From Blasia pusilla (Eukaryota): DNA of 64,000 nt. The stretch lies in NCBI GenBank assembly GCA_050084515.1, contig CM114271.1:48546001-48610000 (forward strand), given 5' to 3'. Made by a program: the position numbers and the translations under genes. Shown here one piece after another: positions 13,623-28,053 of the stretch. The notes beneath the pieces were generated by a model. It ran no database searches and was not told the DNA's origin. It saw only the letters and a program-made list of their open reading frames with translations. Each line of letters opens with the position of its first letter. Within the stretch, counting starts at the first letter, position 1.

Positions 13623-15404
13623 CTGTCAATCTTCAAGATTCATGCAGTGGTCTTGGATCTTCATGAAGAAGCATACTTGAGGTACACAGTTGGGATATCT
13701 CAGTGATATGGGTGATTTACTGAGTCAGTATGTCCAAGCCCAATAGCCCAGGTTTATGGGAGATTTCAGCTCTGAGTACTCTCCTTGGGGTCATGATGAA
13801 AATGATACCCTTTGCGAAATGAGTCACAAAGGATATCATTTTCTGGACGCACTGATTCTTAAGGTTAATCACTAAGTTTGTCGTGCCTAAGGGGCTACTC
13901 AGGTAGCATTCATTCCTCACTGATAATATACATTTCACTATAATGTGCACCTTGCAAATTTCTTTCACGAGAAATATGATGGACCGCATGGTCTACTGGT
14001 TTGTAGTTTGTGTAGTAGGGAAATGGTGGAATGTCCTTAGAGTTTCTAGTGGATTACGAGTGGTTGGAGCCCATCAAGAAGGACATACTCTGCTCAAATA
14101 TATTCATTTATTGTTTCAAGCCCCATTAGTAAGGCTTGGGTGTTCCAGAGTTAAAATTGCCTGAAAATGTTTGCATGGAACTTACCAATCCAGGGCAGAA
14201 AAGGTTGGTGAACTTGTCTTTTGTGTCGCCCCTAATATTTACCTGGTGACACGTCATATACCAGGCGATAGAGAACATCAGCGCAGTTTTGACGTTTTGA
14301 TTTATTTTTTCTTGTGTCAAAAAGGTCCTAATCTATACTTTCACTTTGTTTCGTAGCAGTTGTGCCCAATATGACTTTCCCATTACAGTGTGTTGTGCAG
14401 ATGAGCTGACGAGTACTTGACCAACAGGATAGAAATATGTAACTTATTTCTGAGTGTTAACATTAAATACCCGAACGATAAAAGCTGCCCCGACACATCC
14501 AACGTCTCCAAATTAACAGTTGTAACTTTTCTACCGAAGTCGGCCAGACTTTCAGTAGACGGTTGTGATATAGTGGAAATTATATCTAGTACCATAGCTC
14601 TAACCCTCGAAGAGAAAACTAATCGCCAATTGCTGAATGAAGTAAAGTTAATCGGATAAATCTTCTACTTACCGTAGGCGTCTGGATAGTGGGTGGACTG
14701 TACAATAGAGTGTCCGAAACTGTTTCCACATGGTCTCACAAGGTATTTGCTCTTCGAGCCAGCTCCTTCCTTCTGCACTAAAGGAATATGAAATTATGTC
14801 ATCTACCACCATCTTGTATCAACTAGCTAATCGAAATGTACTTGTCCTAAACGTCCATGCTTGCGCAGTGATAATGTCAGCGGAACATGAGGGTTTAAAT
14901 TTTTCCCACTCGAAAAGGATGTATTCGGGTTCTTAAATTTCCACAATTCCTACACTTGTTTATAAAAGCGGAAAGAAACTGTAAGAGCAGAAATTTCCAG
15001 AGTCGCGTAGATTGAATCGCATCACAATGAGCAGATCACCATACTGTTCTGAATGGAAAAAATTGATGCGCAGTTTCAGCTCACGACGGCCATTGTGGGA
15101 AGTAGCTCCACTGATCTTCGAAATCTTGGTGGACTCATTGTGATTCGGAAATTTGCACGACAATCGTCGCATGAAACGGAACCGTTCTCACATACAATAG
15201 AGGCACGATGAGCAGGCCCTCTTCACCGGGACATCCCCTGGCTAATCGGTAACGCCCCACATGCACATCTCCTGGCCAGGATGGGCCTGAGACATGGGTT
15301 GCAGGGTAACCTGAGCTGTGCATCAGAGCGCCCTGCGCATGAGCATTGCACCATCTTCTACGCGTCCAAATCGTCCCTCCCTTGACGCTTAGTTCCGAAA
15401 ACAT

Positions 15405-18400
15405 TTACGTGCATGGGGGTGTCCTCCAATCGCTTGACACAGGTCCAATATCGTGAATGACCTCTCTGTGGCTTGACCATACCAACTTTATTGCATCGGG
15501 CGTTCCGATCCCTGCTCCTCGGGGGTCTCCACATGGCCCAAACCTACGCAAACCACCCCGACGTGAGATGAGTTTCGGTGGGATTGCACCTGCTTGCTTT
15601 GACTCAGGAAATCGGCAAGAGGCAGAAGGAGGCTTTCAAGATCGCACGAAACGATTGGGTTCTATTGTTACTGAAGAAGTGGATGCGAGCCCCAGAGCCT
15701 CAAGAGATATTGCCTTTCCCCACAAACGATAGCAGGAGATTGCAGGGACGAGGAGGAGGATCAGGAGGTGCAAGTACCAGTGATTTTGCGGAGCGCCCGT
15801 GGTTCGAGCTCGGATGCCGGCATAAGTGGTTCCATTCACAGTGTTGCCAAGGACTTCCTACAAAATCAGCACGACGAAATTCGGAACATCACACACCCTT
15901 CGTAATAATGGTTCAATTGCTATTAAATTAGATTTGGAAAATAGTGCCGCTGATAATGCCGAGACCCCTCCCTCTCTCACTTCAGCAGGACTGATCCCGG
16001 CGTATCATAATTTTGTGCAGCAGGGACAGGAACATCCAAGAGAATCAAGAGAGGCATCAGAGACATTGTGGAAGAACCAATGCAATCGGCTGAGAAGGAC
16101 ATTCATCACAGCGGACGCAGGCCCATCAAAGGGGTTTGCGAAAGAGGCAGGAAAATGCATGCAGAAAAATCAAAAGAGGTCCGTATTCATTGTGAGCGGT
16201 CTTTGTGGAAGAAGAAATAGTGAAATCCGCTGAGAAGGACGTCTATCCATCACACCTTACGCAAACCAGAGTTGTGTACACCAGGGACAGGACCTTAGAC
16301 GAGAACACCCACCCAGAAAAGGGCAGTGGGAAGGTGATGCTGTCAACAGCCATACAACCAAAAATGACTGAACGAAATGAATGATATTCAATGTGCCTAG
16401 TATATGCAGAATAATTACTTGCAGAAAGTGGACGTCGTTGGAAACTATTGCCGCTGTCAAGTGAGCGTGCATCTTCTCACATGCCTCAAGAACGAGTTCC
16501 AAATCTTCATTCTTGTACTCTGTCAGTATCTGGTAGACCGCAGGAAGGTAATGGTTATTCACAGCAAAAGGAATAAAACTAGCTCCACAAAAGCCTCTCC
16601 GTAGTGATCGTCCACAGGGTCTTGGAAAGCACCTACAGCCTCACCGCAAGGTCCAAGAGTATTCAAACTATAAAGCTAGCTCCTGCCGGTGATTCAAGAG
16701 TCGAAGAATGCGCAACAATGGTTTCTCAGATCGTTTCATTCGCACCTGGAAGGGGCCAAAGATTTCGGTGGTGACAAGCTCAAAATTCTCTGCCTTCAGT
16801 ATTTCATTTAGAGGTACGAAAACCGCTGTTGGCTCCACAGCACCATACACTTCAGGAATGGTATGATTCGTTAAAGGCTTTCCGCCAAACGCCAACTTTG
16901 AGCCAGGAATAGCCAAGAGCTTTTCCACATGGTCAAGAATCCATTTAGTTGTTACCTGCAATTTGTACCATCCAAAACAGATCAGATCTTTAGAAATACG
17001 GTATAATTCAGCCGCCTGCCTATCTCATAGCTTCAGGACACACAACTGTCATGTCTCGATAGAAACGTGAAAAATTGTAGTCGTCAAAGTCTACCCCTAT
17101 CTCAGTTTTCTCCTTCACTTGCATGAATCCTACTTTCTTACACAAGTCGAATGCCAAAAAGAACCATACGACCAGCGCACCGATTCACAACATAGAAGGA
17201 GGATCCGTGCGGATCTTGACTCACAGTAAGTACTGGCCCAATGGTCAGATCTTCCAGCTTCCTTCTTTTGGCCAAGTCCTTCAATCTATCAACAAAGCCT
17301 GCGGATGACCAATTCTGGTTTCCCAGACCCAAAGGACATATATTATTCATCTTAGTCACCAGAAGAAACTTCAACAACTACCTTGTACTGGTAGCCACTT
17401 CAAAGGAGAGAAGAACACGGGGAATTGGAATTCCTGATTAACCAAAAATCTTTGATATCTTGATGAAATCTACTGCTTATTTCTTTTCAAAACAGTAGGT
17501 GGAATGGATAGCAAAACTCATCAAAACATGGCAATAGATTCAATGGACAGCACATCAGAACAAAAATCTACATCAATTGGTTCCAACTAGAAGAAGTTTT
17601 TTATAAACAAATTCTGAACTAAATTGAGAAATGAATCTACAACTCATATGGTACCTACATTATAAAATATTTCTGTAATCTGACAACTACATTGTGATCC
17701 TAGGAGTACCGTGAAGCAGACAACAGTAGGAGAATTGGAATTTCTCAAAGAACCAATTCATTCCTGCATGGTAGGCGGGTCACTGCAGAAGTGTGGCACT
17801 CTGTCGTACAGTTTCAACCTGTCCCCAATCTCTATCTTCCTTACAGTCGATCCAGGATTGGAGTAGGCTTGAAAGAACTCAGGAGACACTGTTCAAGCAG
17901 TAGATCTAGCAGGAAATCAACTCGGTTATAGGGTATACCCAAGAAAGTCAGGTTGAATTTGATCGAAACAAAACTTTAGCTTCAAATGCTTACCTCATGG
18001 ATGAACAATATTGATTGTGCTGAACACTTTTGCCCGCTGCATGCATAGGCATCTTGGTCACAAACCCATCCGACATACTCCTCCTACAACAAGCACCAAC
18101 TTAATGTACATTTTAGGAGATGAAGTTATTAAAGCAGGTGACCATGTGACTGATCACCTGCTAGAGCTCTGCTAAGCAAGTGAAATCTGAGCTCAATAAA
18201 CTCGTGATACTGCAAGGGTGTTCTCAGGGTCTTGTAGACGTCTGTTCTTCCAGAGTCTTCCCTTGGTTGTTTTACCTGCCGCTCCGCTAGATTAAAGGCA
18301 CGAGAGAAAAGCTAGTTCCCACTTTCAGCTTCTGCATATAATTTTGACACACCTATGAAACAAGCGTTATGCTTCGAGGGGGAAAGGCCAACCTGCTGCA

Positions 18401-21400
18401 CATCAGGTCCAAGAATTTTCCAGTCGAATCCAGCATCTTCAAGCTTGACTCGGCCTTTCAAATCCCCTGCCAATTTCTCTGCCACTCTCGAGCTACCTGT
18501 GAACAAGGTCATCTTCGGTTCTGCCTGTAACACAGAAACTCACAATATCGGTTAGTAGTTCGTTTCTGATGTGGTCCAGTGTCTAATGGGTCAGAACACA
18601 GAAACTTGTTGAATTATTCCGTTGCTTCATATGCTCTCCAGACACTGGGCTCTCTCCATTGAACAGTGAGGAGAGTACAGACAACGAAGTAAGATGGACC
18701 ACTGCTGAATCTCAACTCAGAACTTCAGTCTCTTGAGAGAATGTAGGTTTAATATTCAGACTTGTAGAGGGTGTCTTAACTCATTGTCCAACTGAAAGCT
18801 ATCTAGACTCGTGGATCTCCTGGTGCCCCGTTTGAAAGGTTTGAGCCGAGACTGAGAATTGTTAAAACTTGTACACGTGTCTGCCTTATAGGAAGTCGAT
18901 GTGTAAACCTCTGAAACAAATTACCTCGATCAAAACATGGTTCATCGTAGGGCCATCTGAGTTGAGAAAATCCACATCTTCAAGTGGCATGCCACAACCA
19001 TGCAGAAGTCTCAGCATCTGCTCCATCACAATACTGACCTGCCAATGACAAACTGTTGAGATACGAGTGGCATTGTTGCTCCTGGGGTATATCAAACAAA
19101 TCTGATCCACTTTTCCGTTAAATCTTTGTCTCGCAAATGTTCTTCCGATTCATCAATGAACTGTTTCTGTCAGGAATGCGTCACCAAGTGATACTATTAT
19201 CAGCGCTCTCCTATAGAGTTTCAGAGAAGAGAACCTTGCTATCAACTTTCAGCAGTGGTTTGTTGCCCATGTAGAGAGCCCCCATCAGCTGCAAGACAGG
19301 TATCTCCAGTGGAAAATTGAAGGGGGTAATAATTGCCACCTGAAATTGAGCAAGACCCTCGTCAGAGTTTTCTAGACCAGCTTCTGTCTGCAACCAAGTC
19401 CCACAAGTGAATGCTCTTCTGAAAGAGTCTCTCAATCCCTAAACGAAACAAGCACAGCAACAGAACATGGAAAAACTCGAAAACTGCAGGAGGAGAGCCT
19501 CAGTTGGATCACTTACAGGACCATAAGGCCATCGTAAACCAGTGCTTTGCTGCCCTAGGTGATTACCAGGAACCACAAAAGAGCGAGCCAAAAAGCGAAC
19601 CTGCTCAGAGACGACTCAGAAATGAGGTGTTACATATTGTTCACTCTATTCATACTCTTCAGTAAATTCCATCCAACTTGATTACGAATTTGGAAACAAC
19701 ATCAGCACCGTCTGACATGCAACTCCTCACCATTCTGTTAATAAGAACAGATCAATCAGGAGCAGGTAAACAGCAATCTCTAGATTTCTAAGTGTGAGCT
19801 GCACTGCCCAGCTAACTCACTAACACTGTATTAGAGTTTTCCCGTGAGGTTGGTGGTGATATTGATGGCTCTGAAGAGAAAAATGATGTAATATGAAGAT
19901 TGGAAAGTAAAGATTGTGTATTGGCCGTTCGTTTAGTCCTGCCTGATTACTTCACTTATATGCTTCTTAAGAATGAGATAACTAAACCATCTATCACAGA
20001 TGTGAATTCAGCTGATGTGCCCATAAATAGACAAAGTTAGGTGAAATTGTTAAAAAGTAACTCCAGAGAGCTCTTTGACTGCGAACAGCATAACAAAGCA
20101 GAACCTCCAAGCTTCACATTACATGATCGGTCTTGCTTACAGACGTGAAGATATCAGTGAAGGCATGTGGACCACTTAATTGACTTCTCAGAGACTCACT
20201 TGATCGCCCGAAAAGTTCTCAAAGAACTTCTGTGTTACCGTCACCTCTGCTTCTGCTTGGGCATAGCTCTTAGGCGACACCCGTTGGATAAGCTTTGCAA
20301 AAAAATCTGCAACCTGAAATCAAGCAATGAGGAAAGTAGAACAATTATACAACCTGTACTGAACATCGATGGTAGTTTTCCCTTGATCACATCAGACCCA
20401 TACAGGTGTTAAGTTCGAGTGTACCAGTAGACCTTGTCCAACACAAATCTAATCTTCAACACCTATATCTGAAGCTCCTTTCTCCCACGAGTAGATGGAG
20501 AATTTAAGAGAGAGAACTCACCTTGGGTTGTCTCAAAGCATGCGCTACCTTAGCAGACACACCGCCATACAAGAGATACCTACACAACAGATAGACTGTC
20601 ACCTTATATCTCCCCCTCTTGGACCATGAACGGCAGATTTTACAACTTGGATTTCTATCTACTACAATCTTCCCAGATCCATCACTCCCTCATGAAATGC
20701 AATGTAGACAGCTCATGAGCCCATCTTTTAGTAGAATTTGGAAGCAAAGTTTTAAATCACACCTCTCAGGATTCTTGAGCGGATTGTGCAGGCCTGACTT
20801 AGGACATGCTCGCAAGCTGTTGATAAATGGCTGCAGGAAGACAGTTCACAGCTTTGTGAGAACGTTATCTACAATGAAGACATCGATACCAACAGAAAGA
20901 AACCATGGGCTCTTCGTTATCCGTTCCTTTTCCTTTTTGTGTATTTGACAAAAGAATTGATCAGGCCCACTACATGATGAAGGAATCCATTGCAGAAAAA
21001 GCTGCAAATGAATTCCATTTCTATTATAAACTAGTGCGTCCTAAAAGATGAAGGTTCACAAATAGCAACAACCATAAAGTGGTCCATGTGTTCCTCAGCG
21101 GGGCTTGTGTAAGTAGCCACTCAGAGTTGCAAGAAGAATTTCAAGAGGAAAATAAGATGACACCACCATTTGTAAATGTCTTGAGGAGTTAAGCTTTCCA
21201 TACAGTCACTTCCAATCGTGATGTGTTCGGTACTCTGATGAAGCTTTCCCCATTCAGGGGATCTACCAATTCATCCCATTTGGCAGACTCATTCCACTTC
21301 CCCGCCACTGCACCATCAGAAACAATTCCCACCATCAATCCATGTACATCCCAGAAATCCCTACCTAACTATCCATCGAAACCTAAGCTAGCAGAGATTG

Positions 21401-22755
21401 ACCCTGTTTGAGTGACTAATCCAAAAACTAAAAATCCATCTTACAACTTACCATTCTCATCCTACAGGAGACACGTTGGTCAGGTCACACAAGCTATTAT
21501 TCAATTGCTCATTACATAGATTAGATAGACAGCTCAACCAAACGAATAATATCCAGGGCATTAAGAAATTATGAAATAGGTTAAATATTTTGAACAAATT
21601 CAACCCACCAAGATTGTATATCTTGACGGGATGCTGTCCTGATATTTCCTGTGGATCGACAGTGGCAAATGATGCAAGACTTGAGGATTGCCTGCAAACA
21701 GTTTATGTAACATGAATGCCGTGAGAAGGAAGAAAAAACAGGTTGACCGAGAGAATGGAGGGGCCATGAGGACCATGGAACTTGAAATTTCTATATTTAC
21801 AGTACAGATCAAGCAAGACAAGTGACAGCACAAGAAGTTAGTTTATCTGGAGAAGCTCATTGCTCTAGACTTTCAAGTCAACCACTCACACTGACGTAAA
21901 AAATTAGAAATTTGAACTCAGTTCCTCGTGGACATGAAAGCATTGGAACTGTGCTCTTTTCCGGCTTGGAAAGAGCTCCGAGCTCAGAGAAGTCCTGATG
22001 AAGATAGAAGCTTCAAAATCCAACTTAGCTAGTGGAATCCGGTTCCTACTGGACATGAAAGAAATAGCACCCCAGGGTAAGCCCCGCTCGGGAAGATCTC
22101 AGGAACGCCCTTTCTTATAAAGAAAAAAACCTCAAGATCCAATTTAGTTGTTTGAAACTGGTTTCTATTTGGATATGAAAGCAGTCGCACACAGGGAAGA
22201 GATCAGTGAAGTCCTGTCTAAGGAATTGAGAAGCTTCAAAATCTAATTTAGCTGACGTAGAACCTTCGCTGTTTGAATCCAGTACTTGCTGCTTGGGCGT
22301 GGTTGTTACAGGCCTTGAAAGCACTAACAACGAAAGCAGGGGTTTGCAATAGACTTTAGGGAAGTCCTTTCTAATGAAGGGAGAAGTAATGTGGTTCCTA
22401 CGGGACATGGCAGCACTCACCCTCAGGATCCTGAAATATATAGGTCAGGGAATCCCTTTCTACTGTACAAAGAAATTTCAAAATTCCAACGTAGGTGTTT
22501 CAAACTGATTCCTACTGGACATGCAAGCACTCCCACTCAGAGCGGGCCCTGACATAGAGGTCAGGGAAGATCTTTCTAACGAGGAGAATTTCTCTCTTTA
22601 AATCAGCGGACTAATTTAAAGAGAGAAAATTGGAAGTCCAACTTCATCCACGCAACTCTCATTTAACTGCAGTATTATCACGACTATGTAGCTCACCTGT
22701 TCCAGGATCCTCGCCAGGTCCCACGAAGTAAAGTGGCGATCCTCCCGCGTTGCAT
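15405..22755 (-). CDS. ALDH12A1: Delta-1-pyrroline-5-carboxylate dehydrogenase (aldehyde dehydrogenase family 12), mitochondrial, 16 coding exons, ~546 aa
   Basis: Hand-spliced exons 22697-22755, 21609-21691, 21204-21307, 20763-20830, 20522-20579, 20200-20313, 19517-19600, 19235-19339, 18925-19038, 18393-18524, 17994-18083, 17225-17314, 16746-16955, 16419-16529, 15778-15857, 15405-15543 total 1641 nt. Motifs: ITPFNFPLEIP, FTGSSRVAEKL, LEDAGFDWK, catalytic ACSGQKCSAQS, EIFGPFQ, NGTTYAGIRARTTGAPQNHWFGP. The N-terminus MQRGRIATLLRGTWRGSWNR is Arg-rich like a transit peptide. Confidence 0.96.
21915..22585. repeat. Degenerate ~120-bp tandem repeat in the first coding intron of ALDH12A1
   Basis: A GTTCCTACTGGACATG-like core recurs at ~21921, 22042, 22161, 22394 and 22509. 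AAGCTTCAAAATC(C/T)AA recurs at ~22008 and 22231. Confidence 0.6.
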
Positions 22756-25700
22756 AGTGGATCAACTGCTACGATTCAACACCTCACTTCAGCAATCATC
22801 CGACCACCTGGAGCAGTTTGTTTTCCTCTGTCAATCTTCCAGCGACAAACAAACAAAAAATAATTTCGGCTCTCATACGCAACCCACCAATTGATTGCTC
22901 ATTACTATCTATTCCAATTTACAGTTGTGCGGGTGTCAGTTTCTGCTCTTTCTTTGATCTGAATTCTTCCTAGCTCAGGATGAACATTACTCCAATCCGT
23001 TCCGCTTCCTAAAAATCCTAGGCATGAAGTACCCAATCCCTAGTTGCAGATCCAGCTCAGGAGCAGGAAACTCCACCAACCAGCAAACTCTTCTATACTA
23101 AACACGAACCTATATGAGAAACCAGTTCACTATTACCAACTCCCCGACCTAAAGACGAAAATACCTGCAGATATGAAATTCCCATCAAAATTTGATTACA
23201 AAGCAGTAGGAACGCGATCCGAACACCCGTCTAAAAGGAGCTTTTTCTGTCTTAAAGCTTGAAGACTTATTCAGTGAGAACGCAATCAGATTCCACCTCA
23301 AAGATTTCACCAAGTTAAGCACAAAATCATAAATAATTTCCACAAGGATTGCCAAGCATTTGGTACTAAGTAAACCCAAGAAGATTACGACATCAAAAAT
23401 TCCAGTCCTTCCTCTAAATCACAGCAGTCCAGAATTCAGTCAGATCACTGCAGTTCCAGCTCTGGAGCAGAAAAGCCCGCTAGATGACGCTTTTCTCTCT
23501 CGAACACAAACCTAACTCACATAAGAAGCCAATTCAAAACCAATTAAATTTACCACATTCCAGACCTACAGAGGCTCATATCTGCACATTGAAAATTCCC
23601 CACCAAAAACCAACTCCTTCGATTGAGAAGAAACACCAGCAACAGGTCACTGTGTTCTAAGCACTTGGCGCCACCCACATGCACTAAGAAACGCAGCGAA
23701 TTCCACCTCACTCACCCAAAAACCAACCCACGGAACATTACGACCTCAGAATTATATAACTTTCATTCGCAAACCATTGCCCATATCCACTCTTCAAACT
23801 GACCCTCAAATTCTCTGCAGTGCATTCAAGAATTGGATCTACCGTTCCAGGCAGTCAAGGAAGAGAAGCGATTTTGAAGACTGAATCTCTATCGAAATTC
23901 CACAGAAAAATCCAAAGTTTTTCAATTCTAGTACCCACAAAATCGATTTCAGCGAACTCTGGTAGGATTGTTCGGTGGAGAGGGTGCTGTGCTCTCTGTA
24001 CGATAAGAACAGGACAAGCTCAGGAAAGAGGGTGGAGATTGATCGCCGTCAATGAAAACGCCTGACATATGAGGCCCGCAATAGGCTCCAGGGATCGTGA
24101 GCGTCTGAGAGTGAGCCAGAAACTTGAGGGCCGTCCGATGAGCTGAACTTTGCGGAGCACGATGTGGGCGGGGCTGGTAGACGTTCACAGGTGATTCAGA
24201 GCGGGCGTTCGTTGCAAGAACATTTTCACGCGTTCGTTTACTCAGAGTTACAACTGAGGAGTTCTGATGCCCGTCGTTCTGGTCCGGAGAAGGACTCCCA
24301 TCCGTCTGAGTGGACTTGCTGAATGGGCGCCACGTCAGAATCCCAGTCACCTCCTGCCACTTGGCGGAATTCCCTGTCCATTTTAAGTTCTCTCAAAATG
24401 ATTTGTAGTAACTAGTCTGGCGGACTCGGGCCCCACGGAGTCGGTGGTGTGTCTAATCTGTTGCGAGGACATTTGGGGTTTAGAATGTACCCGGGGCCTT
24501 ATTTCTTGGGAGGATGGGGATTTACTTCTTGTGGGAAGTGGGCGCCTATTATGGCAGGTCCCCATGGCTATTTTTTGGTTGCAGGACAATCTGAGATTGC
24601 AATCTACGGTTCAGATTACAAGGACCAACAAAGGGTCCTTCGTAATTTGCGGCGAGAAAATATCAACGATGATCCTTGGTCCTTGGAAACTCTTGAACCG
24701 GTCATTTTTGTGTGGAATCCGTCATAGGCACTCCCAATTTTGACGTCGTGCTCTCTCGACGCAAACGGAGGATACAAATGGAGCCGGTCGAACTCGCCTG
24801 ACCGGTGGGGAAGGGGCGGTCAAAGGTACGATCAGACCTTCCGGCCACGGCGTAGGACCTAGGACCGCGGCATGGGGACACGCCCTAAGAAGTGAAGCCC
24901 CTTCCCGAAAAATCTTAAGGCTACCCCTTTAAAGAAAATGCCAAGCCAAGCATAGCCTCGAATCTTCGCTGAAATGATTTTCTTTCCTTTTCTTTATACC
25001 AAAAAAATGTCAAATCAATACAACCTTTCCTAGAGGTAGAGACTTGGGTTGAGACGTGGGTTGTTCAAGAGAGAGGCCTCTTGTTGGAGAAAGGCCGAGT
25101 GAGTGCAAATAAATGGTTGAGGTTTACCCAAGTTGGAGGAGCAAGTGGTGGGTAAGGAAGTAGAGGTTGAAGACACTCGGGGAGGCACAAGCTCTGCCAT
25201 AAGTTGAAGGTGGAGAAGGAAGTGAAGGCCTTCCTAGAAGTAAGTCTAGAATTATGGTCGACCAATCACGAGTGGTGATTTTATTTCATTTCGTGTTTAA
25301 CCATCTTGGAACCTTGGGGAACCATGGGTTAAACCAAGGGCATGAGATGGATCGAGAGATTGGCTTTGGGGTTTGGACACCTTGTCAAGTCCAGATGGGC
25401 TAATTATGGACACCAACCTTGGACCTTGATCCATGACTCAAATAATGAGTCCCGATTAGAGATTCGGTTGAGGTCTATTAGGCAATTAGAATTTCCAGGC
25501 ATACTAGCGTCATTTCAAGTTTCTATAATATCAAGGAAGTGTGTCCTAAGTCTTGAAAGACTTGCCTATGTTGGGGAGTGAGGGTTTAGGTTGGCATTTG
25601 ATCTCATCTAGATTGATTGAACTTGAAGGATGGCCTAAGACCAGGACTCGGGAGACGCAAGGCTCGTTGATCCAAACTGTGGCTAATGTGAGTGTGTTTG

Positions 25701-26804
25701 GGATCCGTAAAGAGAGCATTACCTACTAAACGCAAGCTTCTGCAACACATAAGACCAATATTCAAGGAACTAGGCACACGACATTGTAGTGGTGTCTCCA
25801 TCTCGTAGAGTTAAGGCATTCTTTGAGTCAATCATACTTTCTCAAAAGTTGATAAATTGCGAGCCATGATTTATAAGGTGTGAGGTTGCGGTCGTCAATA
25901 ATAAAAAATCATTTTTGTTATTAGTCGATATTGTGAGTCAGTCAAGAAATTTTAATTTCTTATAATCTATACGAGGCCAAAAAAATTTCTTTGAGTTCAT
26001 GAGTTTGTGTCATCGATTTTTTCTATGAACGAATCCATCCATTCTTTCACTTTACATGTTACGATCTTTTCTTCAAATCCATCCAATCCCTTTCTCCACT
26101 CATTCTTATCTTTTGAGATTGGATCCCTTCTTTTGTACATAAAACAAAGACGAGGCTTGGCAGGTAGAGGTTCATGTGTGCATCTAATGTCCATCGACAA
26201 GTCAGTCCACCATAGCTATAAATATTTCACGTGGTCCTACAACTCTAGAATTAGATATGTTGAATACCACCTAGCTTTCACTTGCTAGAAGAACAATAAA
26301 ACCGGAGCCTAAGTTGGAGGATCACATGATCATATCTTGGTAAGACTTGGAAATTTAAATTTAATATTGTACTGGAGATTCTTTCTTTGACTTTGAAAGT
26401 TTCATTTCCAAGAAGTGTTCTTCTCCCAACTTTAGATTCGTGAGTCTCCCATATATTGGGAATTCAATTGATCATTTATCAATCATTGTCACATCTTTTA
26501 GGATGAATTGATAAGTATCCCTAAGGCGCCTTTGAGAAGATCAAATGAAGGCCTAAAGAGGTTGAGGATAACTTGTTGAGGACTCTGTCGTGCGCATACA
26601 TATCGCTACACAACATACATCGCCGGTCACATCTACACCACACAACACCGATCTTCCCCACACACGGGTCAATCCACACATGTACAAAAATCAACTCATA
26701 CATAAACATGGAGATCACACAACCGCCCTTCTAGCTAGAAGTTGGATCCCCCCAACTCCAGATAGAAAATATCACATCTCTATGACATGACCTACTAATA
26801 TACA

Positions 26805-26950
26805 CATCTCGCACACATCCATCGTCCCGTGGGAACCACATCAAGAGGGGGGGGGTGATACATGACAAATGCCAACCTTCAGAACAACCATCACATATCA
26901 CATACCAACATGGTGGCTGCACCCCTTGCAGATCCGCACAACATACACCT
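26805..26950 (-). pseudogene. PHD finger at the integrase C-terminus of element C
   Basis: Across small frameshifts it reads LRCMLCGSARGAATMLVCD-GCSEGWHLSCITPPL...GRWMCARC, a C4-H-C3 pattern. Confidence 0.85.
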
Positions 26951-28053
26951 CAAGCTTGCCGGTACCGCTGCCAAGCTCGGATCCACTGTCCCGTCTATGT
27001 TCGGAAGATGACATGACGCACAATTGCGCACATGATCCTTCCAAACCATACCATCTCGTCCCTCCAACATGAGGACTCCGATCAGTAATACCTCACGCAC
27101 ACGTAGGATCGTGCGCCCTGCAGTGACATCTAGCATCGTGGGTGCCGCCTGTTGTCAATACACGTAATCTCCAAGATGAAACCTCCTAATCCCTAGATGA
27201 TAACCTCCTCCACGAATGGTCGCGTACCTCAATGTATCTCTATGGTGAGCAATAGCTAAGTTCTCAAAGGCCATAGGCATAATTCTACGAAAAACCTCCG
27301 CCCTCTGAGAACATACGTGTACCCACACATCTGGATCATCAAGATCTAACACCTCTGCCATGTCACGTCGAATCGCTGCAGGTAAATCTGGCTCTCTCCC
27401 AAAGAGCAAAAAGTACGGTGAAAATGACGCCAAGGATGCCTGCCGACTAAAGCAATAACCCAGAGCCAACCATGGTAATTGTAGGTCCCACTCCCTCAAC
27501 TATCCCTACTGCAAGCCATACTTGCACAATCCTCTCTTCACCGTCTGTACCACTCTCTCCGCCAACCCATCCGCCTAAGGATGATCTCTGGACGTGGTGC
27601 GGTGATCTATCAGCGCCTGATCACACAAGGCTTGAAACTCTCCCTTTAACTCGGTACCCTGGTCAGTCAACACCTCCGCCGGTGCACCAAAGTGACTAAG
27701 CACATGATCTAGAAATGCATAAGTTGTTCCCTTGCTCGCCTTGTCCGGTAGTGCCACCAACTCTATCCACTTGGAGAAATGCTCCACCATGACCAACACG
27801 TACCTATGATGACACCTCGTCAATGGCAAAGGTCTCGCAAAGTCTAAACTCCACCAATAACCTAAACCCATAATCGGCAAAGGATGTAACTGCGGAGTGG
27901 GAGCATTGAAGGATGCTCGCACTCTGTCACATACCATGCATCTGGCCACAAACTGTTGTACCCCAGTAAGCATGCCGTGCCACCAATACTAAATCTGGGA
28001 TAAGCTGTAAGTACGCTTCACTCCAAAATGTCCCAACTCCTCATAGGCATGTC

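Noticed and set aside
24900-26480. Possible additional TE remnant between ALDH12A1 and the TE island
   Set aside because: No termini, TSD or protein motif that I could support.
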